Part shown: positions 9,772 through 18,587 of the stretch, one piece after another
Layout of the letters: the number at the start of each line of letters is the position of its first letter
Position numbering within the stretch: the stretch's first letter is position 1
Assembly (NCBI GenBank): GCA_031441285.1
Contig: JANOER010000087.1
Coordinates: forward strand, 170 to 64,169
Reading direction: 5' to 3'
DNA length: 64,000 bases
DNA from: Rhodobacterales bacterium
GTDB lineage: Bacteria; Pseudomonadota; Alphaproteobacteria; Rhodobacterales; Rhodobacteraceae
Position numbers and translations under genes: made by a program
Notes under the pieces: generated by a model
The model's database searches: none
The model's input: the letters and a program-made list of their open reading frames with translations, nothing else
Told to the model about the DNA's origin: nothing

Positions 9772-11235
9772 TCAGACCGAAAGATCGGACGGCGGGCGGG
9801 CCAGAAGGCCGGCAAGCGTGCGCATCGCCGTCTCGAACCCGTCGCGCGACAGAGTGCCCGAAATCGCGATGCGCACGGCGTTCGGCGCGCGGCCATGCAC
9901 CAGCGCATATTCATCCGCCGACCGCAGCAGCACACCCTTGGCCTCGGCCATCCGCAGAAAACTTGACGCACGCCAGCCCAGGGGAAGGCGCAGCCAGACG
10001 AAGGGGACGCCGGGCTGCCAGCCAAGATCAAAAGCGCCAAGGTGGTTGACCAGGATTTGCAGGCGTTCAGAAAATTCGGCCTGGACGGCGGCCCGGATCG
10101 CGGCGGCGGCACCAGAGCGAAAGAGATGCAGCATCAGGTCGGCCACCGGGCGCGACAAGGCAAAGAAGCCGTGCTGCGCGGTCAGCCGCCCGGCTTCGCC
10201 CATGCCGGCTGGACAGATGACATAGCCAAAGCGCAGCGCGGCCGAAATCGTCTTGGACACCGAACCGACCAGCCAGACCCGCTCTGGAGCCAGCGCCCGC
10301 AACGAGGGGATGTCGCTTTCAGCCACGGAATAGCAATCATCCTCAAGCACTTGCAGATCGAAGGTCCGGGCGATGTCGGCGATCTCTTGCCGGCGCCGCA
10401 CCGGCATCCGCCCAGTCGAGGGGTTCTGCGCCTCGGTGGTCAGGCATAGCACCTGCGCGCCGTGGCGGCGGCAGGCGGCCTCTAGGGCTGCGGGGATGAT
10501 CCCGTGTTCGTCGATCTCGACCGGGACCACCTCGGCGCGGGCGGCGCGGGCGGCATAGCGAAAGCCGGGATAGGCCAGTTCTTCGATCAGCACCACGGGG
10601 CGTTCGCCGCGCAGGCAGCAGTCGAAGATCAGGTGGATCGCGTTCTGCCCGCCATGGGTCAGCGCCACATCGTCGGGAACGATCGAGCCCAGAATCCGGT
10701 CGCCCATCCAGGTCACGATCTCGGCCCGCAGATCCGCCTCACCCTGCTGGCTGGTGTAGTCAAGCCACCCCTGCCCCGTAGCACCCGCCATCGCCAGAAG
10801 TGCCGCGCGGAACGCCTGAGCCTGCCCGACCTCGGGAACCTGCGGCGGGCGCAGATCCACCAGGCCCGTTGCCCCGCCGCTGACCCGTTCCGTATACAAT
10901 GCCTGCGTCGGCCCCAGACGCGGCGATTGTGCGGCTACGAAGGTTCCGCGCCCCACGGTGGCTTCCAGAAGCCCCTCCTGGGTTGCCATCTGATAGGCCC
11001 GCGCCACGGTGCCGGGCGTAAGGTGCAGCCGCCAGGCCAGGTCTCGCACCGTAGGTAACTGAGAGTTCGCCGGTAATTCCCCGCTTCTGATCGCGTCGCG
11101 CAGGGCGCGCGACAGGGCCAGATACTTCGGACCGGGAAATTGACTCAGGGTTGGAGCCCAACTTGTATCAGTCACAATTATCCTCTGGCGACTCATTGCA
11201 TGAGATTGATACAGTGTTTCTAAGCTATCGTTCAT
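9772..11235 (-). CDS. MocR/GabR-type regulator (GntR HTH fused to aminotransferase-like PLP domain)
   Basis: N-terminal W.P.L..P.Y..L...L..AI..G.L pattern and PTVRDLAWRLHLTPGTVARAYQ HTH, followed by a long aminotransferase-fold domain. The true start may be ATG 11196, because third-position GC collapses upstream of it. Confidence 0.8.
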   Translation of the reverse strand: MNDSLETLYQSHAMSRQRIIVTDTSWAPTLSQFPGPKYLALSRALRDAIRSGELPANSQLPTVRDLAWRLHLTPGTVARAYQMATQEGLLEATVGRGTFVAAQSPRLGPTQALYTERVSGGATGLVDLRPPQVPEVGQAQAFRAALLAMAGATGQGWLDYTSQQGEADLRAEIVTWMGDRILGSIVPDDVALTHGGQNAIHLIFDCCLRGERPVVLIEELAYPGFRYAARAARAEVVPVEIDEHGIIPAALEAACRRHGAQVLCLTTEAQNPSTGRMPVRRRQEIADIARTFDLQVLEDDCYSVAESDIPSLRALAPERVWLVGSVSKTISAALRFGYVICPAGMGEAGRLTAQHGFFALSRPVADLMLHLFRSGAAAAIRAAVQAEFSERLQILVNHLGAFDLGWQPGVPFVWLRLPLGWRASSFLRMAEAKGVLLRSADEYALVHGRAPNAVRIAISGTLSRDGFETAMRTLAGLLARPPSDLSV

Positions 11236-11250
11236 TTTGTATCAATACAA
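11163..11250. promoter_or_regulatory. three copies of heptamer TGTATCA in the mocR/DUF1127 divergent region (candidate MocR operator)
   Basis: TTGTATCA at 11163-11170, TTGATACA (inverted) at 11206-11213, and TTGTATCAATACAA at 11237-11250. Confidence 0.35.
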
Positions 11251-11266
11251 ATCACAGGAGGCAGCG

Positions 11267-11482
11267 ATGCCCCGCACCGAGATCCAGTCCCTGTCCTTTC
11301 GCGCCCGGCCTGTCCGGCAGCAAAGCCTGAAATTCCGCCTGCTCCGGGCCGTGACCGACGCCATGACCCGCCGCCACGATCGCAAGGTTCTGGCGCGCCT
11401 TGACTTCCACCTCTTGCGCGACATCGGCCTCAGCCCCGACGACGCACGCACGGAATGTGCGAAGCCCTTCTGGCAGGAGTGA
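11267..11482 (+). CDS. DUF1127 domain small protein
   Basis: C-terminal LLRDIGLSPDDA motif typical of DUF1127. ATG 11267 is preceded by AGGAGG. Confidence 0.8.
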   Translation: MPRTEIQSLSFRARPVRQQSLKFRLLRAVTDAMTRRHDRKVLARLDFHLLRDIGLSPDDARTECAKPFWQE

Positions 11483-11513
11483 CCCTGCCCGCACGACACA
11501 TCTACCCCTGACT

Positions 11514-11540
11514 GGGCCGGATCATTCCGGCCCATTTTTT
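11514..11540 (+). terminator. rho-independent terminator of the DUF1127 gene
   Basis: GGGCCGGA-TCAT-TCCGGCCC followed by A and TTTTTT. Confidence 0.7.
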
Positions 11541-11554
11541 GTTGTCCGGAGCGC

Positions 11555-11583
11555 AAAAGGCCCGCCTTGGAGGGCGGGCCTTT
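11555..11583 (-). terminator. bidirectional rho-independent terminator after rpsI
   Basis: AAAA-GGCCCGCC-TTGGAG-GGCGGGCC-TTT. A T-run follows the stem on both strands. Confidence 0.65.
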
Positions 11584-11623
11584 CGTAGGGGACGGTGCGC
11601 CGTAGCACACCCATGACAAGGGA

Positions 11624-12112
11624 TCAGCGCTTCGAGACCTGGAAGCTCTTGCGGGCCTTCGGCTTGCCGTACTTCTTGCGTTCGACCACGCGGCTGTCGC
11701 GGGTCAGGAAGCCTGCGGCCTTCAGCGCCGGGCGCAAACTGGGTTCATAAAGCTGCAACGCCTTCGAGATGCCGTGCTTGACCGCTCCAGCCTGGCCCGA
11801 AAGCCCGCCGCCTGCGACCGTCGCGAAGACGTCGAACTGGCCTTCGACCTTGGCAACCGTGAACGGCTGCTTCAGGATCATCTGCAGCACCGGACGCGCA
11901 AAGTAGGCGTTGATGTCCTTGCCGTTGACCACGACCTTGCCCGAACCGGGCTTGACCCAGACGCGGGCGACCGCATCCTTGCGCTTGCCGGTGGCATAGG
12001 ACCGGCCCAGCTTGTCACGGACCGGCAGACGCGGAGCCGCTTCGACCGCAGCGGGTGCCGAACCGACAGCCGACTTCAGGTCATCGAGAGTTTTGATATC
12101 GGCCATGCTCAC
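11624..12112 (-). CDS. rpsI: 30S ribosomal protein S9
   Basis: C-terminus [17 protein letters not shown]. Located downstream of rplM. Confidence 0.95.
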   Translation of the reverse strand: MSMADIKTLDDLKSAVGSAPAAVEAAPRLPVRDKLGRSYATGKRKDAVARVWVKPGSGKVVVNGKDINAYFARPVLQMILKQPFTVAKVEGQFDVFATVAGGGLSGQAGAVKHGISKALQLYEPSLRPALKAAGFLTRDSRVVERKKYGKPKARKSFQVSKR

Positions 12113-12573
12113 GCGCTCCGGGTGTTCTTCGGGTTCAGGACCTTGACGTCCAGAACGGTGGGCTGCTGCGCCTCGTGCGGATGCTCGGCACTGGCGTAGA
12201 CGCGCAGGTTTGTCATCTGCTGACGGCCAAGGCGGTTGCGGGTGATCATCCGCTCGACGGCCTTTTCAACGACACGCTCGGGGTGCTTGCCTTCCAGCAC
12301 CTGCCGCGCAGTGCGCTGCTTGATGCCGCCCGGGTGGCCGGTGTGCCAGTAATAGATCTTGTCGTCGCGCTTCTTGCCGGTCATCTGGATCTTGTCGGCA
12401 TTGATCACGATAACGTTGTCACCCATGTCCATGTGGGGAGTGAAGGTCGGCTTGTTCTTGCCGCGCAGGATGCTGGCGACGATCGTGGCAAGACGGCCCA
12501 GAACAACGCCTTCGGCGTCGATCAGGATCCATTTCTTGTCGATGTCCGCCGGAGTAGCGGTGAAGGTTTTCAT
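12109..12573 (-). CDS. rplM: 50S ribosomal protein L13
   Basis: [32 protein letters not shown] 12573 chosen inside ORF 12109..12648. Confidence 0.95.
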   Translation of the reverse strand: MKTFTATPADIDKKWILIDAEGVVLGRLATIVASILRGKNKPTFTPHMDMGDNVIVINADKIQMTGKKRDDKIYYWHTGHPGGIKQRTARQVLEGKHPERVVEKAVERMITRNRLGRQQMTNLRVYASAEHPHEAQQPTVLDVKVLNPKNTRSA

Positions 12574-12670
12574 CGTGGTTCCCAACGAAAATGGAGGCAA
12601 GGGCGCCCCCGGCAATTCGGATCCGGGCTTATCGCCGAGGTCAGGCACAAGGTCAAGATCGCGCTACAAC

Positions 12671-12700
12671 ATTAAATCACATGAATTCATGTGCTTGCAA
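12671..12700 (-). promoter_or_regulatory. sigma70-like promoter of rplM-rpsI
   Basis: Minus strand reads TTGCAA (12700-12695), an 18-nt spacer, then TTTAAT (12676-12671). The spacer is the perfect palindrome CACATGAATTCATGTG (12678-12693). Confidence 0.45.
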
Positions 12701-12759
12701 GATAGGTATCATAATACCCCATCTTTATGTTGCTCCTTTCCAAATACTCTCAGGGGGCT

Positions 12760-12778
12760 TGGGGGCAGAATGCCCCCA
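12760..12778. terminator. hairpin downstream of the SseB-like gene
   Basis: TGGGGGCA-GAA-TGCCCCCA. No clear T-tract. Confidence 0.3.
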
Positions 12779-12849
12779 TCGACGCCGCCGGTTGGCCGGA
12801 ACTGCCAGAGGCGGGACAAAAGGCGTGCGGCGCCTGCCGCTCCGCTTCT

Positions 12850-13647
12850 TCAGCGCAGTTTCGGCGGGCGTGACGGGTCCATTCCGGGGGCCGCGGGGCC
12901 GGTCTGGCCTCCGGATGTCGCGTCCGCAGCCGCCAGGTCGAACCGCAGGCCAGCCCGGCCGATCGCTTCGGCCGCAGTCGAGCCCGAGCGCAGGAAGGCC
13001 ACATCCAGCTCGCCCGCCTCGACCCCGGAAAAGACCAGCGCCTCGCCCATCGCCCGGGCCAGCGCCGGCTCGGCCCCCACGGCCGCATCGAGGAAGGCCA
13101 GCATGTGTCCCCTTCGCCCGTCCCGGTAGACGACCCCGGCCAGCACCGCCGCCCGCGCCAGCCCGGCCGCGCGGGCAAGCTTGGCGTCAAGGCCCGCGAT
13201 CACCGCTTCGGGGACGCGGGGGGCATGAAACGCTTCGGGCAGGGCTTCGACTTGCTGCGGCCCGTCCTCTAACGCCGTCGCAAGCCAGTCCAGCGCTTCG
13301 GGCGGCAGCAGCATCGAGGACGGTGCCACCCCGAGATTTACCCCAAGCCCGATCCCCTGCCCCTTCAGCATCCCCGCGATCACCCGCCCCGGCAGCGCCG
13401 CATAGGGTGCTATTCCGCCCGTAAAGGCCGCCAGCCGCTCTTCCCGGTCAAACACCAGGACAACCGGCCCGTCTTCAAGGTCGAAGACTTTCGGCTCAAG
13501 GGTTTCCCCCGCCGCCTCGCGGTCCAGCAGCAGGACCATCTCGCCATCCGCCAGACGCTCGAAGAACCGCAGGCGCAGCGCCTCGTTGTCGGGGTCTGCC
13601 GAAACCGCCGCATGGGCTGCATCAAGAAGTGTTGCCAGATCAGACAT
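12850..13647 (-). CDS. SseB family protein
   Basis: LRLRFFERLADGEMVLLLDRE..PVVLVFDREERL pattern. ATG 13647 chosen inside ORF 12850..13776. Confidence 0.6.
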   Translation of the reverse strand: MSDLATLLDAAHAAVSADPDNEALRLRFFERLADGEMVLLLDREAAGETLEPKVFDLEDGPVVLVFDREERLAAFTGGIAPYAALPGRVIAGMLKGQGIGLGVNLGVAPSSMLLPPEALDWLATALEDGPQQVEALPEAFHAPRVPEAVIAGLDAKLARAAGLARAAVLAGVVYRDGRRGHMLAFLDAAVGAEPALARAMGEALVFSGVEAGELDVAFLRSGSTAAEAIGRAGLRFDLAAADATSGGQTGPAAPGMDPSRPPKLR

Positions 13648-13957
13648 CCCGCCGCCCTGCCCTGTTTTCCAATTGGGCCGGTCACCGGATGGCCGGGCCG
13701 CGCCTTGATAGACGGTCCACTCCTTATCCGCCATCAGGCCGGCGTCAATCCCGGCCGGGCACGCATGCCACGGCACGCGTCAAGGCCTCGGTGAACCGCA
13801 TCGCCGGTCCGGTCCGTGGCATGCACGACCGCATGACCGGTAGGCACTTCCTTGCCCCGGACTGCTCAAGGCCCTTTTGTGGACACAAACCGGATGTTAA
13901 CGCTATGACACTAGCACCGTCACGATGGCTGCAAGAACCGGCCGCGTTGAGGCAAGG

Positions 13958-14611
13958 ATGATCGAGTTCCAGGAAGTGTCCAAGTCGTACTGGACCGGCA
14001 CACAGCGCAAGGTCATCCTCGACCGGGCGTCGTTCCGCGTGGAGCCGGGGACGTCGCTGGGCATCCTTGCGGAAAACGGCGCGGGCAAGACCACGATCAT
14101 CAACATGATGGCGGGCCTTGAAAAGCCGGATGAAGGCGTGATCCGCAAGACATCGCGCGTGTCCTTTCCGCTTGGCTTCATGGGGGGGGTCAACAACAAG
14201 CATTCCGCCAAGGAAAACTGCCGCCACATCGCGCGGCTTTATGGCCTCGACCCCGACTATGTCGAAAGCTTCTGCCGCTGGGTCTGCGGTCTGAACGAAT
14301 ACTTCGACATGCCGGTGGCCACCTATTCCTCGGGGATGCGGTCGCGTTTCTCGTTTTCGCTGCTCTTGTCGATCGAATTTGACATCTATCTGATCGACGA
14401 AGGCATGCCTGCGACGTCGGATGCCGAGTTCAACCGCAAGGCCGGCAGTATCCTGAAAGAGCGTTTGCAGACGTCGACCGTCGTCATCGTCTCGCATTCG
14501 CCGCAGACGCTGCAACGGTTCTGCCACACGGCGGCGGTGCTGAAGGGCGGTAAGCTCTACCAATTCGACACTCTTGAAGAAGCGAGACGGCTTTATGACT
14601 ACGCGACCTAA
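13958..14611 (+). CDS. kpsT: capsular polysaccharide export ABC ATPase (KpsT-like)
   Basis: P-loop AENGAGKTT, YSSGMRSR signature as in KpsT, Walker B YLIDEG. ATG 13958 has GAGG 5 nt upstream. Confidence 0.8.
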   Translation: MIEFQEVSKSYWTGTQRKVILDRASFRVEPGTSLGILAENGAGKTTIINMMAGLEKPDEGVIRKTSRVSFPLGFMGGVNNKHSAKENCRHIARLYGLDPDYVESFCRWVCGLNEYFDMPVATYSSGMRSRFSFSLLLSIEFDIYLIDEGMPATSDAEFNRKAGSILKERLQTSTVVIVSHSPQTLQRFCHTAAVLKGGKLYQFDTLEEARRLYDYAT

Positions 14612-16280
14612 GGCTGCACGCTTCTTTCTGCGACGGGTCGAGCGGTCCGCGGTGCCTCCGTCGCTGCCAACCGGTGATCTGCCGTTCGACAATCAGGAAG
14701 ACGGCTTCGGTGATCAGGATTTCCGTCGCCCGCAACCCGTGCCGCACCCGGCAAGGGCCGGGTCGCCGGCAGGCCCCCTGCGCCCTCCGGTCGACGCTGC
14801 CGGAAATGATCAGATGGATGACGCAGCCCTTGCTGCCATTGCGGCAGAAGGGATGACCGGCAAACAATTGCGCCGGGCCCGCCTTGTTGCCCAGAAGCAC
14901 GGGCTCGCGCCACGCTCGGACCTTGATGCCGTCCTGCAACTGCGCCGCATCGGGATTGATCCGTTCTCGCGCACGGCGATGCTGGACATCGTTCCCGGAT
15001 CCGGCGATGCCGCTGCACCCTCGAAAGAACCCGGGCGCGCGCTTGCCCGCCTTCCCGGCGACAAGGTCAACTTGCCCGAACGGGCGCGGCCGTTCGCGGT
15101 CCCCTCGACCGAACAGCGGGCGGAGGTGAACCAGGCAGCCGAAATCCTGCGCATGCAGACCGAGATTGCCCGTCGCCGCCGCCGCCGGCTGCTGCTTCTG
15201 GCCGCACGCATGTCCGCATTTGTCCTGTTGCCTACTTTTCTTGCGGGCTGGTACTTCTACCAGCTTGCCACGCCGATGTATGCGACCAAGGCAGAGTTCG
15301 TGATCCAGCAGGCAGGCCCCGCAAGTTCCGGCGGCACGCTGGGCGGGCTGTTCTCCGGCACCGGACTGGCCACATCGCAGGATTCGGTCACCGTCCAGGC
15401 CTATCTGCAATCGCGTGAGGCGATGGCGCGACTGGAAGACGATCTTGGCTTTCGCCAACATTTTCAGGACGCGGCGATCGACCCGGTGCAGCGCCTGGCC
15501 CCGGATGCCACGGGTGAAGACGCCTACGGCGTCTACAAGCGCTTCGTCAAGATTTCCTACGACACCTCTGAAGGCTTGGTCCGGATGGAGGTGGTGGCCG
15601 CTGATCCGAAGGTTGCCGCCGAATGGGCCAGCCAGCTGATCGGCTATGCCGAAGAGCAGGTCGATCACCTGACCCAGCGGCTGCGCGCCGACCAGATGGT
15701 TGATGCGCAAACGGGCTATGAAGAGGCGCGGGTCAATCTTGCCAGTTCGCAACGACACCTGGTCGAACTGCAGGAAAAATTCAAGATCATCTCCTCGGAA
15801 ACCGAAGTTGGCCTCCTGACGTCGCAGATCGCCGGGCTTGAGACCCAACTGGTCACCGAACGACTGGGCCTGGCACAGATCGAATCGAACCAGTCTCCCA
15901 ATCAGGCGCGGATGGAGGCGGTGAAACAGCGCATCGCGACGCTGGAGTCCGAAATCGCGGCCCTGCGCGCCAAGATGACCGAAGGCACCGCCGGCGGCAC
16001 CAGCATGGCCGAGGTTCAGGGCGAGATGCTGGTTGCCCAGGCCGACATGCAGACCCGCCAGATGATCCTGGCCCAGGCGCTTCAGTCGATGGAAACCTCG
16101 CGGGTCGAGGCGAACCGCCAGGTGCGCTATCTGTCGCTGGCAGTCAGTCCGACACCGACCGACGCCCCCGCCTATCCGCGCGCCTTCGAGAACACCCTCG
16201 TCACCCTGTTGATCATGCTTGGCATTTACCTCATGGTCTCGATGACCGCCGCGATCCTGCGGGAACAGGTCTCGGCCTGA
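14595..16280 (+). CDS. kpsE: capsule export inner-membrane/periplasmic protein (KpsE/Wzz-like)
   Basis: TM helix, long coiled-coil region, then a C-terminal TM helix. ATG 14595 overlaps the kpsT 3' end by 17 nt. Confidence 0.7.
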   Translation: MTTRPKAARFFLRRVERSAVPPSLPTGDLPFDNQEDGFGDQDFRRPQPVPHPARAGSPAGPLRPPVDAAGNDQMDDAALAAIAAEGMTGKQLRRARLVAQKHGLAPRSDLDAVLQLRRIGIDPFSRTAMLDIVPGSGDAAAPSKEPGRALARLPGDKVNLPERARPFAVPSTEQRAEVNQAAEILRMQTEIARRRRRRLLLLAARMSAFVLLPTFLAGWYFYQLATPMYATKAEFVIQQAGPASSGGTLGGLFSGTGLATSQDSVTVQAYLQSREAMARLEDDLGFRQHFQDAAIDPVQRLAPDATGEDAYGVYKRFVKISYDTSEGLVRMEVVAADPKVAAEWASQLIGYAEEQVDHLTQRLRADQMVDAQTGYEEARVNLASSQRHLVELQEKFKIISSETEVGLLTSQIAGLETQLVTERLGLAQIESNQSPNQARMEAVKQRIATLESEIAALRAKMTEGTAGGTSMAEVQGEMLVAQADMQTRQMILAQALQSMETSRVEANRQVRYLSLAVSPTPTDAPAYPRAFENTLVTLLIMLGIYLMVSMTAAILREQVSA

Positions 16281-16298
16281 GGCCGGTCCGGGGGTGTG

Positions 16299-17129
16299 AT
16301 GAAGGAAGTCTCGATTGGCGGGCTGACCGTTGGCAATGACCGCCCGCTTCTGGTCATTGCCGGACCTTGCCAGCTGGAAAGCCTGGACCATGCCCAGATG
16401 ATCGCGGGCGCGATGGCCGAGGCTTGCCGTGCGGCGGGCGCGCAGTTCGTCTTCAAGGCCAGCTACGACAAGGCCAACCGCACGTCGCTTTCGGGCACGC
16501 GCGGTCTTGGGATCGAAGCCGGGCTGCACATGCTTGCGGCCGTCCGCGCCACCGGAATTCCCGTCCTGACCGATGTCCATGACGCAGGCCAGGCGCGCGA
16601 GGCGGCAGCCGTGGTTGATGTCATCCAGATCCCGGCGTTTCTCTCGCGCCAGACCGATCTTCTGCTTGCTGCGGGTAAGACGGGGGCCGTCGTCAATATC
16701 AAGAAGGGCCAGTTCCTTGCCCCTTGGGACATGGCGAATGTGGCCCAGAAGGTCGCCTCGACCGGCAACCAGCGCATCCTTCTGACCGAACGCGGCGCAA
16801 GCTTCGGCTACAACACGCTGGTGACCGACATGCGCAGCCTGCCGATCCTGGCGCGCACGGGGTATCCCGTGATCATGGACGCAACCCACTCGGTCCAGCA
16901 ACCGGGTGGACAGGGGTCAAGCTCGGGCGGGCAGCGCGAGTTTGCCCCGGTGATGGCGCGCTGCGCCGTGTCGGTCGGAATCGCCGGCGTCTTCATCGAA
17001 ACGCATGAAGATCCCGACCGCGCGCCGTCAGACGGGCCGAACATGATCCCTCTGTCCTCGATGCCCGCACTGATCGCCAGTCTGATGGCCTTCGACCGGC
17101 TGGCAAAATCGGATCCCCTTCGGGTCTGA
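16299..17129 (+). CDS. kdsA: 3-deoxy-8-phosphooctulonate synthase
   Basis: LLVIAGPCQLES..FKASYDKANRTS and DATHSVQQPGG motifs. Confidence 0.92.
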   Translation: MKEVSIGGLTVGNDRPLLVIAGPCQLESLDHAQMIAGAMAEACRAAGAQFVFKASYDKANRTSLSGTRGLGIEAGLHMLAAVRATGIPVLTDVHDAGQAREAAAVVDVIQIPAFLSRQTDLLLAAGKTGAVVNIKKGQFLAPWDMANVAQKVASTGNQRILLTERGASFGYNTLVTDMRSLPILARTGYPVIMDATHSVQQPGGQGSSSGGQREFAPVMARCAVSVGIAGVFIETHEDPDRAPSDGPNMIPLSSMPALIASLMAFDRLAKSDPLRV

Positions 17130-17157
17130 CGGCAGACGCAGGTCTCCCCAAGGCGCG

Positions 17158-17176
17158 GAATTTTCGCAGAAAATTC
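17158..17176. repeat. 19-nt AT-rich palindrome GAATTTTCGCAGAAAATTC (family copy 1)
   Basis: Lies between convergent kdsA and the oxidoreductase gene. Same element as 51877-51895 and 51929-51947. Confidence 0.8.
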
Positions 17177-17192
17177 GTGCGGAAAGCGCGGG

Positions 17193-18368
17193 TCAGACCG
17201 CTTGCCCCGCCGCCCAACCGCTCGACCAGGCCCATTGGAAGTTATATCCGCCAAGCCAGCCGGTAACATCCACCACTTCGCCGACAAAGTGCAGCCCCGG
17301 CACTCCCAGCGCCGCCATCGTCCGCCCGTCCAGCGCCCGGGTGTCGACCCCGCCCAGCGTCACCTCCGCCGTGCGGTAGCCCTCGGATCCGACCGGAACC
17401 AGCCGCCAGTCGCGCAATGCCGCCCCGACCTTGTCCAGAACCACGCCGGAAAGGTCTCCCATGCTTCCGGTGATGCCGGCAGCCTCTTCCAGATGGCGGG
17501 CCAGCCGCTCGGGCAGCCAGCGGCCCAGAACCGTCCGCAGCGCCGCCTTGCCCTGCCCGGCCTTGGCTGCGCGCAGCTCGGCCGCCGGGTCGCGGCCGGG
17601 CATCAGGTTGACCGAGATCGCTTCCCCCTCGCGCCAGTAGGACGAGACTTGCAGCACCGCCGGCCCCGACAGACCCCTGTGGGTAAAAAGCATCGCCTCG
17701 TCAAAGCCTTGCCGTCCACAGGTGACGCGCCCCGGCAGCGCCACCCCGGCAAGGGGACGCATCCAGGCCAGTTCCTGCTCGGCAAAGGTCAGCGGCACCA
17801 GCGCCGGACGGGTTTCGACGATGGGCAGGCTGAACTGCTCGGCCACCTGGTAGCCGAAGCCGGTTGCCCCCATCTTCGGGATCGATTTGCCCCCCGTCGC
17901 CACCACCACCGCCCGCGCCTGCTGTTGGCCGCGCGCGGTCTCGACCGAAAAGACCGGCCCGTCGCGCCGAACCTCGCCCAGCGTGCACCCCAGCCACAGA
18001 GTTACCCCGGCGCGGTCCATGTCGCGCAAGAGCATGTCGATGACCTGGGTTGCGGACCCGTCGCAAAAAAGTTGCCCAAGCGTCTTTTCATGCCAGGCAA
18101 TACCCGCCGCGTCGATCCGTGCGATGAAGTCGCCTTGCGTGAACCGCTTCAGGGCCGACACCGCAAACCGGGGATTTTGCGACAGAAACCGGTCGGGCGC
18201 GATCTGCAGGTTGGTGAAATTGCACCGCCCCCCGCCCGAGATCCGGATCTTTTCGCCCGCAGCCCGGGCATGGTCGATCACCAGCACGCGCCGCCCGCGA
18301 CGCCCGGCCTCGGTGGCGGCCATCATGCCAGCGGCTCCGGCGCCAAGGATGATCGCGTCCCAGACCAT
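17193..18368 (-). CDS. NAD(P)/FAD-dependent oxidoreductase, HI0933/BaiN family
   Basis: WDAIILGAGAAGMMAA dinucleotide fold and ISGGGRCNFTN motif. ATG 18368 chosen. Confidence 0.8.
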   Translation of the reverse strand: MVWDAIILGAGAAGMMAATEAGRRGRRVLVIDHARAAGEKIRISGGGRCNFTNLQIAPDRFLSQNPRFAVSALKRFTQGDFIARIDAAGIAWHEKTLGQLFCDGSATQVIDMLLRDMDRAGVTLWLGCTLGEVRRDGPVFSVETARGQQQARAVVVATGGKSIPKMGATGFGYQVAEQFSLPIVETRPALVPLTFAEQELAWMRPLAGVALPGRVTCGRQGFDEAMLFTHRGLSGPAVLQVSSYWREGEAISVNLMPGRDPAAELRAAKAGQGKAALRTVLGRWLPERLARHLEEAAGITGSMGDLSGVVLDKVGAALRDWRLVPVGSEGYRTAEVTLGGVDTRALDGRTMAALGVPGLHFVGEVVDVTGWLGGYNFQWAWSSGWAAGQAV

Positions 18369-18477
18369 GCCCCGTCCTATCCGCTGCCACTTCGGCGAAC
18401 AAGTCGGCATTGTCCGCGAATTTTGCCGCGAGGCCCTTGCACGCCGCAAGGCGCTTCGCTAAACACCCCGGCACGGT

Positions 18478-18552
18478 TGGGGCGTCGCCAAGTGGTAAGG
18501 CATCGGTTTTTGGTACCGACATACCTAGGTTCGAATCCTAGCGCCCCAGCCA
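18478..18552 (+). tRNA. tRNA-Gln (anticodon TTG)
   Basis: Hand-folded cloverleaf: acceptor TGGGGCG/CGCCCCA, anticodon stem TCGGT/ACCGA with loop TTTTGGT, T-arm CTAGG-TTCGAAT-CCTAG, encoded CCA. Close to E. coli tRNA-Gln. Confidence 0.9.
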
Positions 18553-18587
18553 ACTTCCACCTCCGTCCGGACGATCAGGAACGCACC

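Noticed and set aside
11483-11623. CcsR/cuckoo-type sRNAs downstream of the DUF1127 gene, as known for one DUF1127 locus in R. sphaeroides.
   Set aside because: No CCUCCUCCC loop motif and no repeated hairpins are present. The spacer contains just two ordinary terminators.
13876-13889. Palindrome TTTGTG-GA-CACAAA upstream of kpsT.
   Set aside because: Its arms are short (6 bp), there is a single copy and no recognisable family. It could be chance.
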